Below are positions 10,152 through 20,215 of a DNA stretch of 42,844 bases, piece by piece. The notes under the pieces were generated by a model that was not told the origin of the DNA, did not search any database, and saw only the letters and a program-made list of their open reading frames with translations. Source of the DNA: a virus. Within the stretch, counting starts at the first letter, position 1. Each line of letters opens with the position of its first letter. A program made the position numbers and the translations under genes. The stretch lies in UHGV virus genome UHGV-0158128; one strand, 5' to 3'.

Positions 10152-10535
10152 ATGACACCGAACTTACAACTTTATAATAAAGCGTATGAAACGCTACAAG
10201 GATATGGATTCCCTGTTATTTCTCGTAAAGAGATGCAACAAGAGATTCCGTATCCTTTTTTTGTAATAAAAATGCCGGAGTCAAATAGAAGTAAGTACAC
10301 GTTTGATAGTTATTCTGGCGATACGAATTTAGTTATTGATATTTGGAGTGTAAGCGATGATTTAGGACATCATGACGGACTTGTTAAAAGGTGTATCGAT
10401 GATTTAACACCTAGCGTTAAAACAAACGATTATGACTTTGAAGAAGATGATACTAACATCGCACAGTTAGTCGATGATACTACTAATCAAGAATTGCTAC
10501 ACACATCAATAACGATATCTTACAAAACATTTTAA
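10152..10535 (+). CDS. Tail completion protein
   Basis: 127 aa, synteny. Confidence 0.5.
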   Translation: MTPNLQLYNKAYETLQGYGFPVISRKEMQQEIPYPFFVIKMPESNRSKYTFDSYSGDTNLVIDIWSVSDDLGHHDGLVKRCIDDLTPSVKTNDYDFEEDDTNIAQLVDDTTNQELLHTSITISYKTF

Positions 10536-10553
10536 AAAACGGAGGAATATTGA

Positions 10554-11135
10554 ATGGCGAATATGAAAAATAGTAATGACCGTATTATTTTGTTTAGAAA
10601 AGCTGGCGAAAAAGTAGATGCTACTAAAATGCTTTTTTTAACTGAATACGGCTTATCACATGAAGCTGATACAGATACAGAGGATACGATGGATGGGTCT
10701 TATAACACTGGTGGTTCAGTTGAATCAACAATGTCTGGTACTGCTAAAATGTTTTATGGTGACGATTTTGCAGATGAAATTGAAGATGCAGTTGTAGATC
10801 GCGTATTGTATGAGGCTTGGGAAGTTGAAAGTAGAATACCAGGCAAAAATGGAGATGCTACTAAATTTAAAGCGAAATATTTCCAAGGTTTCCACAATAA
10901 ATTTGAATTAAAAGCAGAAGCTAACGGTATTGATGAATATGAATATGAATATGGAGTGAATGGTCGTTTCCAACGTGGATTTGCAACACTACCTGAGGCT
11001 GTAACAAAGAAACTTAAGGCGACTGGATACAGATTCCATGACACTACAAAAGCAGATGCGTTAACTGGCGAAGATTTAACAGCAATTCCACAACCTAAGG
11101 TAGATTCATCAACGGTTACACCAGGAGAGGTATAA
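10554..11135 (+). CDS. Major tail protein
   Basis: 193 aa. RBS ACGGAGGAA. Followed by a strong terminator/attenuator. Confidence 0.7.
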   Translation: MANMKNSNDRIILFRKAGEKVDATKMLFLTEYGLSHEADTDTEDTMDGSYNTGGSVESTMSGTAKMFYGDDFADEIEDAVVDRVLYEAWEVESRIPGKNGDATKFKAKYFQGFHNKFELKAEANGIDEYEYEYGVNGRFQRGFATLPEAVTKKLKATGYRFHDTTKADALTGEDLTAIPQPKVDSSTVTPGEV

Positions 11136-11136
11136 A

Positions 11137-11167
11137 AATAGGGCGTTAAGCCCTATTTATTTTGTTT
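11137..11167 (+). terminator. Intrinsic terminator after the major tail gene
   Basis: aatagggc-gttaa-gccctatt followed by tatttattttgttt. Confidence 0.7.
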
Positions 11168-11196
11168 AAATTAATCATGAATGGAGATTTTAAGTT

Positions 11197-11562
11197 ATGA
11201 ATGTAGAAATTAACGGAAAGTCATTAGAATTAAGTTTTGGTTTTAAATTTTTAAGAGAAATCGATAACCGATTAGGTTTAAAAGTTGAGCAAGCTTCTAT
11301 CGGTCAAGGTGTATCAATGTTGCCTGTAGGTTTAGAGAGTGGAAATCCTGTTGTGATTGGCGAAGTTTTAATTGCAGCTACATCTCACTTGAAAAAACAA
11401 GCAATTACTATTAATAACATTGATGAAGCACTAGATGAAATCGCAGAAAATATTGGACTAGAAGAATTTGGTTCGGATATTTTAACGGAGTTGGGAAAGC
11501 GACCTATGACCCGAAACCTAGTCGAAGTAGTGGAAACGGAAGAGAAACCAGCGGAAGCCTAA
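11197..11562 (+). CDS. Tail assembly chaperone G
   Basis: 121 aa, located between the major tail and tape measure genes. Confidence 0.6.
   Translation: MNVEINGKSLELSFGFKFLREIDNRLGLKVEQASIGQGVSMLPVGLESGNPVVIGEVLIAATSHLKKQAITINNIDEALDEIAENIGLEEFGSDILTELGKRPMTRNLVEVVETEEKPAEA
11493..11499 (+). other. Candidate -1 programmed ribosomal frameshift site G_GGA_AAG (G to GT fusion)
   Basis: The heptamer is in register with the G frame. The -1 frame is open from 11439 through ORF 11592..11936, which has no RBS of its own. Confidence 0.55.
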
Positions 11563-11591
11563 TAACTTACGACAGAATCGTTATAACTTGT

Positions 11592-11936
11592 ATGTCAACA
11601 CTTGGTATTACAGATTTGAACGTTATTGAGCAAATGACATTAACAGAATATAACTATCGAATGTATGCGAAAGAGTATGAAATGCTAACCCAAGAATTCG
11701 AACGTTACAAACTTGCGTTTGCTATTCGTGATGCTGCAGCTACTAAAAATGTTGGGACAGAAAATAAACCTAAAGAGGAATATGTTTTTAACAACGCAAA
11801 CGACGTATTGCCTTATGAAGAAAATATCCAACGGCTTAACGAAGGTAAAGATATAAGATTTAGTAGCGAACGTGATGAATACGAACCACAAAATAATGAA
11901 TTCTTTAAAGTTATAGCAGAATTTAACAAGCAATAG
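11592..11936 (+). CDS. T portion of tail chaperone GT (probably expressed by frameshift from G)
   Basis: 114 aa ORF in the -1 frame relative to G. No Shine-Dalgarno upstream. Confidence 0.5.
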   Translation: MSTLGITDLNVIEQMTLTEYNYRMYAKEYEMLTQEFERYKLAFAIRDAAATKNVGTENKPKEEYVFNNANDVLPYEENIQRLNEGKDIRFSSERDEYEPQNNEFFKVIAEFNKQ

Positions 11937-11952
11937 AAAGAGAGGTGTTAAT

Positions 11953-14900
11953 GTGACGGAATATAAAATTAAAGCGACTATTGAAGCTAGTGTAGCCAAA
12001 TTCAAAAGGCAAATCGATAGTGCGGTTAAGTCTGTGCAAAGATTTAAACGAGTAGCAGATCAAACTAAAGATGTCGAATTAAATGCTGATGATAAAAAAT
12101 TACAAAAAACTATCAAAGTTGCTAAAAAGTCTTTAGATGCCTTTAGTAACAAAAAAGTAAAAGCTAAATTAGATGCTAGTATACAAGACTTGCAACAAAA
12201 GGTACTAGAATCGAATTTTGAACTAGACAAACTAAACTCTAAAGAAGTTACTCCAGAGATTAAATTACAAAAACAAAAATTGACTAAAGATATCGCTGAA
12301 GCAGAAGCTAAGTTATCCGAACTAGAAAAGAAGCGTGTCAATATTGACATCAATGCAGATAACAGTAAATTCAATCGAGTGTTAAAAGTATCTAAAGCTA
12401 GTCTTGAAGCATTAAATAGGTCTAAAGCCAAAGCTATTATAGACGTGGACAACGGTGTTGCTAACTCTAAAATCAAACGCACTAAAGAAGAGCTTAAAAG
12501 TATTCCAAACAAAACTAGATCTCGACTAGATGTAGATACAGGGCTTTCTATACCAACTATTTATGCGTTTAAAAAATCATTAGACGCATTGCCGAACAAA
12601 AAAACAACAAAGGTAGATGTCGATACTAATGGTTTAAAGAAAGCTTATGCCTACATAATAAAAGCAAATGACAATTTTCAAAGACAGATGGGGAATTTAG
12701 CTAATATGTTCCGTGTGTTCGGTACTGTAGGTTCTAATATGGTTGGTGGATTACTTACATCATCTTTTAGTATCTTAATACCTGTAATAGCGAGCGTAGT
12801 ACCTGTAGTATTTGCGCTATTAAACGCTATCAAAGTGTTAACTGGTGGTGTACTTGCTTTAGGTGGTGCCGTAGCAATAGCGGGAGCAGGATTTGTAGCG
12901 TTTGGCGCAATGGCTATCAGCGCTATAAAGATGCTTAATGATGGCACTTTACAAGCTAGCTCAGCAACAAACGAATACAAAAAAGCGTTAGATGGCGTAA
13001 AGTCAGCATGGACTGATATTATAAAGCAAAATCAATCCGCTATCTTCACAACTCTTGCAAATGGTTTAAATACTGTTAAAACTGCAATGCAGAGCTTACA
13101 ACCGTTTTTTAGTGGTATTTCAAGAGGAATGGAAGAAGCGTCTCAAAGCGTGCTTAAATGGGCTGAAAATAGCAGTGTAGCTTCAAGATTCTTTAATATG
13201 ATGAATACAACGGGTGTTTCGGTATTTAACAAGCTATTAAGTGCTGCAGGTGATTTTGGTGACGGATTAGTCAATGTATTCACGCAATTAGCACCACTGT
13301 TTCAATGGTCGGCTGATTGGTTGGATAGATTAGGTCAATCTTTCTCTAACTGGGCTAATAGTGCAGCTGGAGAAAATTCGATAACTCGTTTTATTGAATA
13401 CACAAAAACAAACTTACCTATCATTGGTAATATTTTCAAAAATGTTTTCGTTGGAATTAACAATTTGATGAATGCATTCAGCGGATCATCAACTGGCATA
13501 TTCCAATCTCTTGAACAAATGACAGCTAAGTTTAGGGAATGGTCTGAACAAGTAGGACAATCTCAAGGGTTTAAAGACTTTGTCAGTTATATACAAACAA
13601 ATGGACCACTAATAATGCAATTGATTGGAAACATCGCAAGAGGATTAGTTGCATTCGCAACAGCAATGGCTCCTATAGCTAGTGCAGTATTACGCGTTGC
13701 AGTTGCAATAACTGGTTGGATAGCTAACTTGTTTGAGGCGCATCCAGCTACAGCACAATTAGTTGGTGTCATTATAACTTTAGTTGGTGCATTTAGATTT
13801 TTAATACCGATTATTCTTGCTGTATCTAACTTTATGGGTGGCGGATTAATAGGTAGAATCATTGCATTAGTAAGTAAGTTCGGTTTATTAAGAGCGGGAT
13901 TAACAATTTTAAAAGGTGCGTTCATGTTATTAAAAGGACCATTAAAAATTATATCAGTTATATTCCAATTGTTATTCGGTAAGATTGGATTAATTAGAAA
14001 TGCTATCACAGGACTAGTAACTGTGTTTGGTATTTTAGGTGGTCCAATAACAATAGTAATTGGTGTAATCGCTGCATTAATAGCTATATTTGTTTTATTG
14101 TGGAATAAAAATGAAGGATTCAGAAACTTTATTATAAATGCTTGGAATGCGATAAAAACATTTATGGTTACAGTTTGGAATGTGTTGAAAACTGTAGCTT
14201 CGGTTGTATGGAATGCTATTTTAAAAGCTATCACTACAGCAGTATCAAATGTATACAATTTTATAATGATTATTTGGAATCAAATAGTTGCTTATTTGCA
14301 AGGGCTATGGAATGGAATTATCGCTATTGCAACAACAGTATGGAACCTTTTAGTTACAATCATCACAACTGTTTTCACGACGATAATGACAATAGTTATG
14401 ACGATATGGACAGCTATTTGGACATTCTTAAGTACAATCTGGAACACGATAATTACAATCGCTACTACGATTTGGAATTTGTTAGTCACTGTAATAACTA
14501 CAGTATTTACCACAATTATGACTATCGCAATGACAATTTGGAACGCTATTTGGACGTTCTTACAAACGTTGTGGAACACTATAGTTACTGTGGCAACTAA
14601 GGTTTGGAACGCTATCACTACAACTATATCTACTGCGTTACAAGCGGCATGGAGTTTTATTTCTAATATATGGAATACGATTTGGAGTTTCTTATCTGGT
14701 ATATTAACGACAATTTGGAATAAAGTTGTAAGCATATTCACACAAGTTGTATCAACTATATCAGACAAAATGTCTCAAGCTTGGAACTTCATTGTCACTA
14801 AAGGTATGCAATGGGTATCTACTATAACAAGTACGCTAATTAACTTTGTTAATAGAGTTGTTCAAGGATTCGTTAATGTTGTAAACAAAGTTAGTCAAGG

Positions 14901-15420
14901 TATGACAAATGCAGTAAATAAAGTTAAAAGCTTTGTGGATGACTTTGTATCAGCAGGTGCTGATATGATCCGTGGTTTGATGAGAGGTATTGGTAATATG
15001 GCTAGAGACTTAGCTGAAAAAGCAGCTAGTGTAGCAAAAGGTGCTTTAAATGCAGCCAAAAGAGCGCTAGGTATTCACTCACCTTCACGTGAATTCATGG
15101 ATGTTGGTATGTATTCAATGTTAGGTTTCGTTAAAGGTATAGATAATCATTCAAGTAAAGTTATCCGTAATGTTTCTAATGTTGCAGATAAAGTAGTTGA
15201 TGCATTTCAACCTACATTAAACGCACCTGACATTTCTAGTATTACAGGAAACTTAAGTAATTTAGGTGGAAATATAAATGCGCAAGTACAACACACACAT
15301 TCTATTGAAACATCACCGAACATGAAAACTGTTAAAATTGAATTCGATGTCAATAACGATGCGCTTACTAGTATTGTTAACGGCAGAAATGCTAAACGCA
15401 ATTCTGAGTATTACTTATAA
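11953..15420 (+). CDS. Tape measure protein
   Basis: 1155 aa. GTG start with a GAGAGGTG RBS. Coiled-coil N-terminus. Central hydrophobic region with 11-residue Trp periodicity and tandem 40-aa repeats. Confidence 0.9.
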   Translation: MTEYKIKATIEASVAKFKRQIDSAVKSVQRFKRVADQTKDVELNADDKKLQKTIKVAKKSLDAFSNKKVKAKLDASIQDLQQKVLESNFELDKLNSKEVTPEIKLQKQKLTKDIAEAEAKLSELEKKRVNIDINADNSKFNRVLKVSKASLEALNRSKAKAIIDVDNGVANSKIKRTKEELKSIPNKTRSRLDVDTGLSIPTIYAFKKSLDALPNKKTTKVDVDTNGLKKAYAYIIKANDNFQRQMGNLANMFRVFGTVGSNMVGGLLTSSFSILIPVIASVVPVVFALLNAIKVLTGGVLALGGAVAIAGAGFVAFGAMAISAIKMLNDGTLQASSATNEYKKALDGVKSAWTDIIKQNQSAIFTTLANGLNTVKTAMQSLQPFFSGISRGMEEASQSVLKWAENSSVASRFFNMMNTTGVSVFNKLLSAAGDFGDGLVNVFTQLAPLFQWSADWLDRLGQSFSNWANSAAGENSITRFIEYTKTNLPIIGNIFKNVFVGINNLMNAFSGSSTGIFQSLEQMTAKFREWSEQVGQSQGFKDFVSYIQTNGPLIMQLIGNIARGLVAFATAMAPIASAVLRVAVAITGWIANLFEAHPATAQLVGVIITLVGAFRFLIPIILAVSNFMGGGLIGRIIALVSKFGLLRAGLTILKGAFMLLKGPLKIISVIFQLLFGKIGLIRNAITGLVTVFGILGGPITIVIGVIAALIAIFVLLWNKNEGFRNFIINAWNAIKTFMVTVWNVLKTVASVVWNAILKAITTAVSNVYNFIMIIWNQIVAYLQGLWNGIIAIATTVWNLLVTIITTVFTTIMTIVMTIWTAIWTFLSTIWNTIITIATTIWNLLVTVITTVFTTIMTIAMTIWNAIWTFLQTLWNTIVTVATKVWNAITTTISTALQAAWSFISNIWNTIWSFLSGILTTIWNKVVSIFTQVVSTISDKMSQAWNFIVTKGMQWVSTITSTLINFVNRVVQGFVNVVNKVSQGMTNAVNKVKSFVDDFVSAGADMIRGLMRGIGNMARDLAEKAASVAKGALNAAKRALGIHSPSREFMDVGMYSMLGFVKGIDNHSSKVIRNVSNVADKVVDAFQPTLNAPDISSITGNLSNLGGNINAQVQHTHSIETSPNMKTVKIEFDVNNDALTSIVNGRNAKRNSEYYL
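14341..14580 (+). repeat. Tandem 120-nt (40-aa) in-frame repeats within the tape measure gene
   Basis: WNLLVTIITTVFTTIMTI(V/A)MTIW(T/N)AIWTFL... is repeated. More degenerate WN-x9 copies flank it. Confidence 0.7.
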
Positions 15421-15432
15421 AGGAGGTTACAA

Positions 15433-16380
15433 ATGGACATAGAATTAACAAAAAAAGATGGTACTGTAATCAAATTAAGTGAATACGGGTTTATCGTTAA
15501 CGATATAGTAATTGATAGCATGCAAATCAACACAAAGTATCAAGACAAAGAAAATATGAACGGTCGCATATTAATGGGGAGCAATTATATCAGTAGAGAT
15601 ATAGTTGTTCCTTGTTTTTGTAAAGTAAAAAATCGTTCAGACATTGCTTATATGCGAGATATGTTGTATTCGTTAACTACTGATATAGAACCAATGTATT
15701 TACGTGAAATCAGAAGAAAAGAAGAGTTGAATTACAGGTTTACTCAACCAACTTCTGATGATTACGTGAAATTAGATAAAAACAACTTCCCGGATTATGA
15801 ATATTCAAGACACGATCAACAAATTTATGTAAACGGTAAACAGTATAAAGTTATTTTTAGCGGAGTTATAAATCCTAAACAAAAAGGTAACAAAGTTGCT
15901 TTCGAATTGAAGTTTGAAACTACAGAATTACCATACGGCGAAAGTATTGGAACAAGCCTAGAGTTAGAAGAAAACAAAAAGGTTGGATTGTGGTCGTTTG
16001 ATTTTAATATTGATTGGCATGCAGGTGGGGATAAGCGCCAGTATACATTTGAAAATGTTAGCAAAGATACAGTTTACTATCATGGTAGTGCTCCTAACGA
16101 CCAATTCAACATGTATAAAAAGATAACAATTATTTTGGGCGAAGATACAGAATCGTTTGTATGGAATTTAACGCATGCTGAAATAATGAAAATCGAAGGT
16201 ATCAAACTAAAAGCTGGAGACAAAATTGTTTATGATAGCTTCCGAGTTTATAAAAACGGTGTTGAAATAAGTACCGAAACGAACATAGCCCAACCAAAAT
16301 TTAAATACGGAGCTAATAAATTCGAATTTAACCAAACAGTTCAAAAGGTTCAGTTCGATTTGAAATTTTATTATAAGTAG
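15433..16380 (+). CDS. Distal tail protein (Dit)
   Basis: 315 aa, directly after the TMP. Confidence 0.7.
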   Translation: MDIELTKKDGTVIKLSEYGFIVNDIVIDSMQINTKYQDKENMNGRILMGSNYISRDIVVPCFCKVKNRSDIAYMRDMLYSLTTDIEPMYLREIRRKEELNYRFTQPTSDDYVKLDKNNFPDYEYSRHDQQIYVNGKQYKVIFSGVINPKQKGNKVAFELKFETTELPYGESIGTSLELEENKKVGLWSFDFNIDWHAGGDKRQYTFENVSKDTVYYHGSAPNDQFNMYKKITIILGEDTESFVWNLTHAEIMKIEGIKLKAGDKIVYDSFRVYKNGVEISTETNIAQPKFKYGANKFEFNQTVQKVQFDLKFYYK

Positions 16381-16388
16381 GTGTCAGA

Positions 16389-18290
16389 ATGACGATAACT
16401 GTTAAACCACCTAAAGGCAATGGCGCACCCATACCAGTAGAAACAACTTTAGTGAAAAAAGTTAATGCTGACGGTGTATTAACTTTTGATATTCTCGAAA
16501 ACAAATACACTTATGAAGTTATTAACGCTATAGGGAAAAGATGGATTGTTAGTCATGTCGAAGGTGAAAATGACAAGAAAGAATATGTAATAACTGTCAT
16601 TGATAGGAAATCAGAAGGCGACAGACAACTGGTTGAATGTACTGCTAGAGAGATTCCTATAGACAAGTTAATGATTGATAGGATTTATGTTAATGTAACA
16701 GGATCTTTTACAGTAGAAAGATATTTTAACATTGTGTTTCAAGGTACTGGAATGCTTTTTGAAGTCGAAGGTAAGGTTAAGTCTTCGAAGTTTGAAAATG
16801 GTGGTGAAGGCGACACAAGGTTAGAAATGTTTAAAAAGGGGTTAGAACATTTCGGTTTAGAATATAAAATAACGTATGACAAAAAGAAAGACAGATATAA
16901 GTTTGTATTGACGCCTTTTGCAAATCAAAAAGCGTCTTATTTTATTTCTGATGAAGTCAACGCCAACGCTATAAAACTCGAGGAAGATGCAAGTGATTTC
17001 GCCACCTTCATTAGAGGATATGGTAATTATTCAGGAGAAGAAACATTCGAACACGCTGGGCTCGTAATGGAAGCTAGAAGTGCATTAGCTGAAATATACG
17101 GCGACATCCACGCAGAACCATTTAAAGATGGTAAAGTGACTGACCAAGAAACTATGGATAAAGAATTACAATCGAGATTGAAAAAGTCGTTAAAACAATC
17201 TTTGTCTTTGGACTTTTTGGTGTTAAGAGAATCATATCCAGAAGCAGACCCACAACCCGGAGACATAGTACAAATAAAATCTACCAAACTAGGTTTGAAT
17301 GATTTAGTCCGTATAGTACAAGTTAAAACGATTAGGGGTATAAACAATGTAATTGTTAAGCAAGATGTAACGCTTGGTGAGTTTAATCGAGAACAACGAT
17401 ATATGAAAAAAGTTAATACTGCAGCTAACTATGTTTCTGGATTAAATGATGTTAACCTTTCTAATCCTAGTAAAGCGGCAGAAAACTTGAAGTCTAAAGT
17501 AGCGTCAATAGCTAAATCAACACTCGATTTGATGAGTAGAACTGATCTAATTGAAGACAAACAACAGAAAGTGAGTTCTAAGACTGTAACTACATCAGAT
17601 GGCACTATCGTTCATGATTTTATAGATAAATCAAACATTAAAGATGTAAAAACAATTGGAACGATTGGCGATTCTGTAGCTAGAGGATCACATGCGAAAA
17701 CTAATTTCACAGAAATGTTAGGCAAGAAGTTAAAAGCTAAAACGACCAACCTTGCAAGAGGTGGCGCAACAATGGCAACAGTTCCAATAGGTAAAGAAGC
17801 GGTAGAAAACAGCATTTATAGACAAGCAGAGCAAATAAGAGGAGACCTAATCATATTACAAGGTACAGATGATGACTGGTTACATGGTTATTGGGCAGGC
17901 GTACCGATAGGCACTGATAAAACCGACACTAAAACGTTTTACGGCGCCTTTTGTTCTGCAATTGAAGTTATCAGGAAAAATAATCCAGCTTCAAAAATAC
18001 TTGTAATGACAGCTACTAGGCAATGCCCTATGAGTGGTACAACGATACGCCGTAAAGATACGGACAAAAACAAACTAGGGTTAACTTTAGAGGATTATGT
18101 CAATGCTCAGATATTGGCTTGTAGTGAATTGGATGTACCAGTATATGATGCCTATCATACAGATTATTTTAAGCCATATAATCCAGCGTTCAGAAAATCA
18201 AGTATGCCAGACGGATTGCATCCGAACGAGAGGGGTCATGAAGTTATTATGTACGAACTTATTAAAAATTATTACCAGTTTTACGGATAG
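16389..18290 (+). CDS. Tail-associated lysin / Tal with C-terminal SGNH (GDSL) hydrolase domain
   Basis: 633 aa. GDSVARGSH motif near residue 420 and downstream DGLHPN motif are typical of SGNH esterases. Confidence 0.75.
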   Translation: MTITVKPPKGNGAPIPVETTLVKKVNADGVLTFDILENKYTYEVINAIGKRWIVSHVEGENDKKEYVITVIDRKSEGDRQLVECTAREIPIDKLMIDRIYVNVTGSFTVERYFNIVFQGTGMLFEVEGKVKSSKFENGGEGDTRLEMFKKGLEHFGLEYKITYDKKKDRYKFVLTPFANQKASYFISDEVNANAIKLEEDASDFATFIRGYGNYSGEETFEHAGLVMEARSALAEIYGDIHAEPFKDGKVTDQETMDKELQSRLKKSLKQSLSLDFLVLRESYPEADPQPGDIVQIKSTKLGLNDLVRIVQVKTIRGINNVIVKQDVTLGEFNREQRYMKKVNTAANYVSGLNDVNLSNPSKAAENLKSKVASIAKSTLDLMSRTDLIEDKQQKVSSKTVTTSDGTIVHDFIDKSNIKDVKTIGTIGDSVARGSHAKTNFTEMLGKKLKAKTTNLARGGATMATVPIGKEAVENSIYRQAEQIRGDLIILQGTDDDWLHGYWAGVPIGTDKTDTKTFYGAFCSAIEVIRKNNPASKILVMTATRQCPMSGTTIRRKDTDKNKLGLTLEDYVNAQILACSELDVPVYDAYHTDYFKPYNPAFRKSSMPDGLHPNERGHEVIMYELIKNYYQFYG

Positions 18291-18304
18291 AAAAGGAGGA
18301 AGAC

Positions 18305-20215
18305 ATGGATAACAAATTAATTACAGACTTAAGTAGAGTCTTTGACTACAGATATGTAGATGAAAATGAGTATAACTTTAAACTTATTTCAGACATGCTG
18401 ACGGATTTTAATTTCTCTCTTGAATACCATAGAAATAAAGAGGTATTTGCACATAATGGAGAGCAAATAAAGTATGAGCATTTAAATGTCACAAGTAGCG
18501 TCTCTGATTTTTTAACGTATCTAAACGGCCGTTTCAGCAATATGGTACTAGGTCATAACGGCGACGGTATCAACGAAGTAAAAGACGCGCGTGTTGATAA
18601 TACTGGTTATGATCATAAGACATTGCAAGATCGTTTGTATCATGATTATTCAACACTAGATACTTTCACTAAAAAGGTTGAGAAAGCTGTAGATGAACAC
18701 TATAAAGAATATCAAGCGACAGAATACCGATTTGAACCAAAAGAGCAAGAACCGGAATTCATCACAGATTTATCGCCATATACTAACGCAGTAATGCAAT
18801 CATTTTGGATAGACCCTAGAACGAAAATTATTTATATGACACAAGCGCGTCCGGGCAATCATTACATGTTATCTAGATTGAAGCCTAATGGACAATTTAT
18901 TGATAGATTGCTTGTTAAAAACGGCGGTCACGGTACACACAATGCGTATAGATACATTGATGGAGAATTATGGATTTATTCAGCTGTATTGGACAGTAAC
19001 AAAAACAACAAGTTTGTACGTTTCCAATATAGAACTGGAGAAATAACTTATGGTAATGAAATGCAAGACGTCATGCCGAATATATTTAACGACAGATATA
19101 CGTCAGCGATTTATAATCCTATAGAAAATTTAATGATTTTCAGACGTGAATATAAAGCTTCTGAAAGACAAGCTAAGAATTCATTGAATTTCATTGAAGT
19201 AAGAAGTGCTGACGATATTGATAAAGGTATAGACAAAGTATTGTATCAAATGGATATACCTATGGAATACACTTCAGATACACAACCTATGCAAGGTATC
19301 ACTTATGATGCAGGTATCTTATATTGGTATACAGGTGATTCGAATACAGCCAACCCTAATTACTTACAAGGCTTCGATGTCAAAACAAAAGAGTTATTAT
19401 TTAAACGTCGTATCGATATAGGCGGTGTGAATAACAACTTTAAAGGAGATTTCCAAGAGGCTGAGGGTCTAGATATGTATTACGATCTAGAAACAGGACG
19501 TAAAGCACTTTTAATTGGGGTAACTATTGGACCAGGTAACAACAGACATCACTCAATTTATTCTATCGGTCAAAGAGGTGTAAACCAATTCTTAAAAAAC
19601 ATTGCACCTCAAGTATCAATGACTGATTCAGGCGGACGTGTTAAACCGTTACCGATACAGAACCCAGCATATCTAAGTGATATTACGGAAGTTGGTCATT
19701 ACTATATCTATACGCAAGACACACAAAATGCGTTAGATTTCCCGTTACCGAAAGCGTTTAGAGATGCAGGTTGGTTCTTTGATGTACTGCCTGGTCATTA
19801 TAATGGTGCGTTAAGACAAGTACTAACTAGAAACAGCACAGGTAGAAATATGCTCAAATTTGAACGTGTTATCGACATCTTTAACAAGAAAAACAACGGT
19901 TCATGGAATTTTAACCCACAAAGTGCTGGTTATTGGGAACATATCCCTAAGAGCATCACGAAATTGTCTGATTTAAAAATTGTTGGTTTAGACTTCTATA
20001 TCACCACTGAAGAATCAAAACGTTTTTCTGACTTCCCTAAAGATTACAAAGGTATTGCAGGCTGGGTGTTAGAAGTAAAATCAAATACACCGGGTAACAC
20101 AACACAAGTGCTAAGACGTAATAACTTTGCTTCTGCTCACCAGTTTTTCGTTAGAAACTTTGGTACTGGTGGTAATAGTGGTTGGAGCATAATAGAAGGT
20201 AAGGAGGTTGAATAA
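18305..20215 (+). CDS. Receptor-binding protein (phi11 Gp45-like baseplate RBP)
   Basis: 636 aa, matching the size of phi11 RBP, in syntenic position after Tal. Confidence 0.6.
   Translation: MDNKLITDLSRVFDYRYVDENEYNFKLISDMLTDFNFSLEYHRNKEVFAHNGEQIKYEHLNVTSSVSDFLTYLNGRFSNMVLGHNGDGINEVKDARVDNTGYDHKTLQDRLYHDYSTLDTFTKKVEKAVDEHYKEYQATEYRFEPKEQEPEFITDLSPYTNAVMQSFWIDPRTKIIYMTQARPGNHYMLSRLKPNGQFIDRLLVKNGGHGTHNAYRYIDGELWIYSAVLDSNKNNKFVRFQYRTGEITYGNEMQDVMPNIFNDRYTSAIYNPIENLMIFRREYKASERQAKNSLNFIEVRSADDIDKGIDKVLYQMDIPMEYTSDTQPMQGITYDAGILYWYTGDSNTANPNYLQGFDVKTKELLFKRRIDIGGVNNNFKGDFQEAEGLDMYYDLETGRKALLIGVTIGPGNNRHHSIYSIGQRGVNQFLKNIAPQVSMTDSGGRVKPLPIQNPAYLSDITEVGHYYIYTQDTQNALDFPLPKAFRDAGWFFDVLPGHYNGALRQVLTRNSTGRNMLKFERVIDIFNKKNNGSWNFNPQSAGYWEHIPKSITKLSDLKIVGLDFYITTEESKRFSDFPKDYKGIAGWVLEVKSNTPGNTTQVLRRNNFASAHQFFVRNFGTGGNSGWSIIEGKEVE

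Noticed and set aside
14330-14600. Regularly spaced direct repeats that could superficially resemble a CRISPR array
   Set aside because: The repeats are in-frame 120-nt units within the tape measure CDS, about 75 percent identical with no unique spacers. There are no cas genes, and the protein-level periodicity explains them.
12060-15401. Multiple minus-strand and alternate-frame ORFs inside the tape measure gene (for example 12060..12512 -, 13587..14258 -, 14142..14600 +, 14292..14768 -, 15207..15401 -)
   Set aside because: They lie wholly within a 1155-aa gene with a clear RBS and synteny. Their open frames are explained by low-complexity repetitive composition (shadow ORFs). None has a Shine-Dalgarno.
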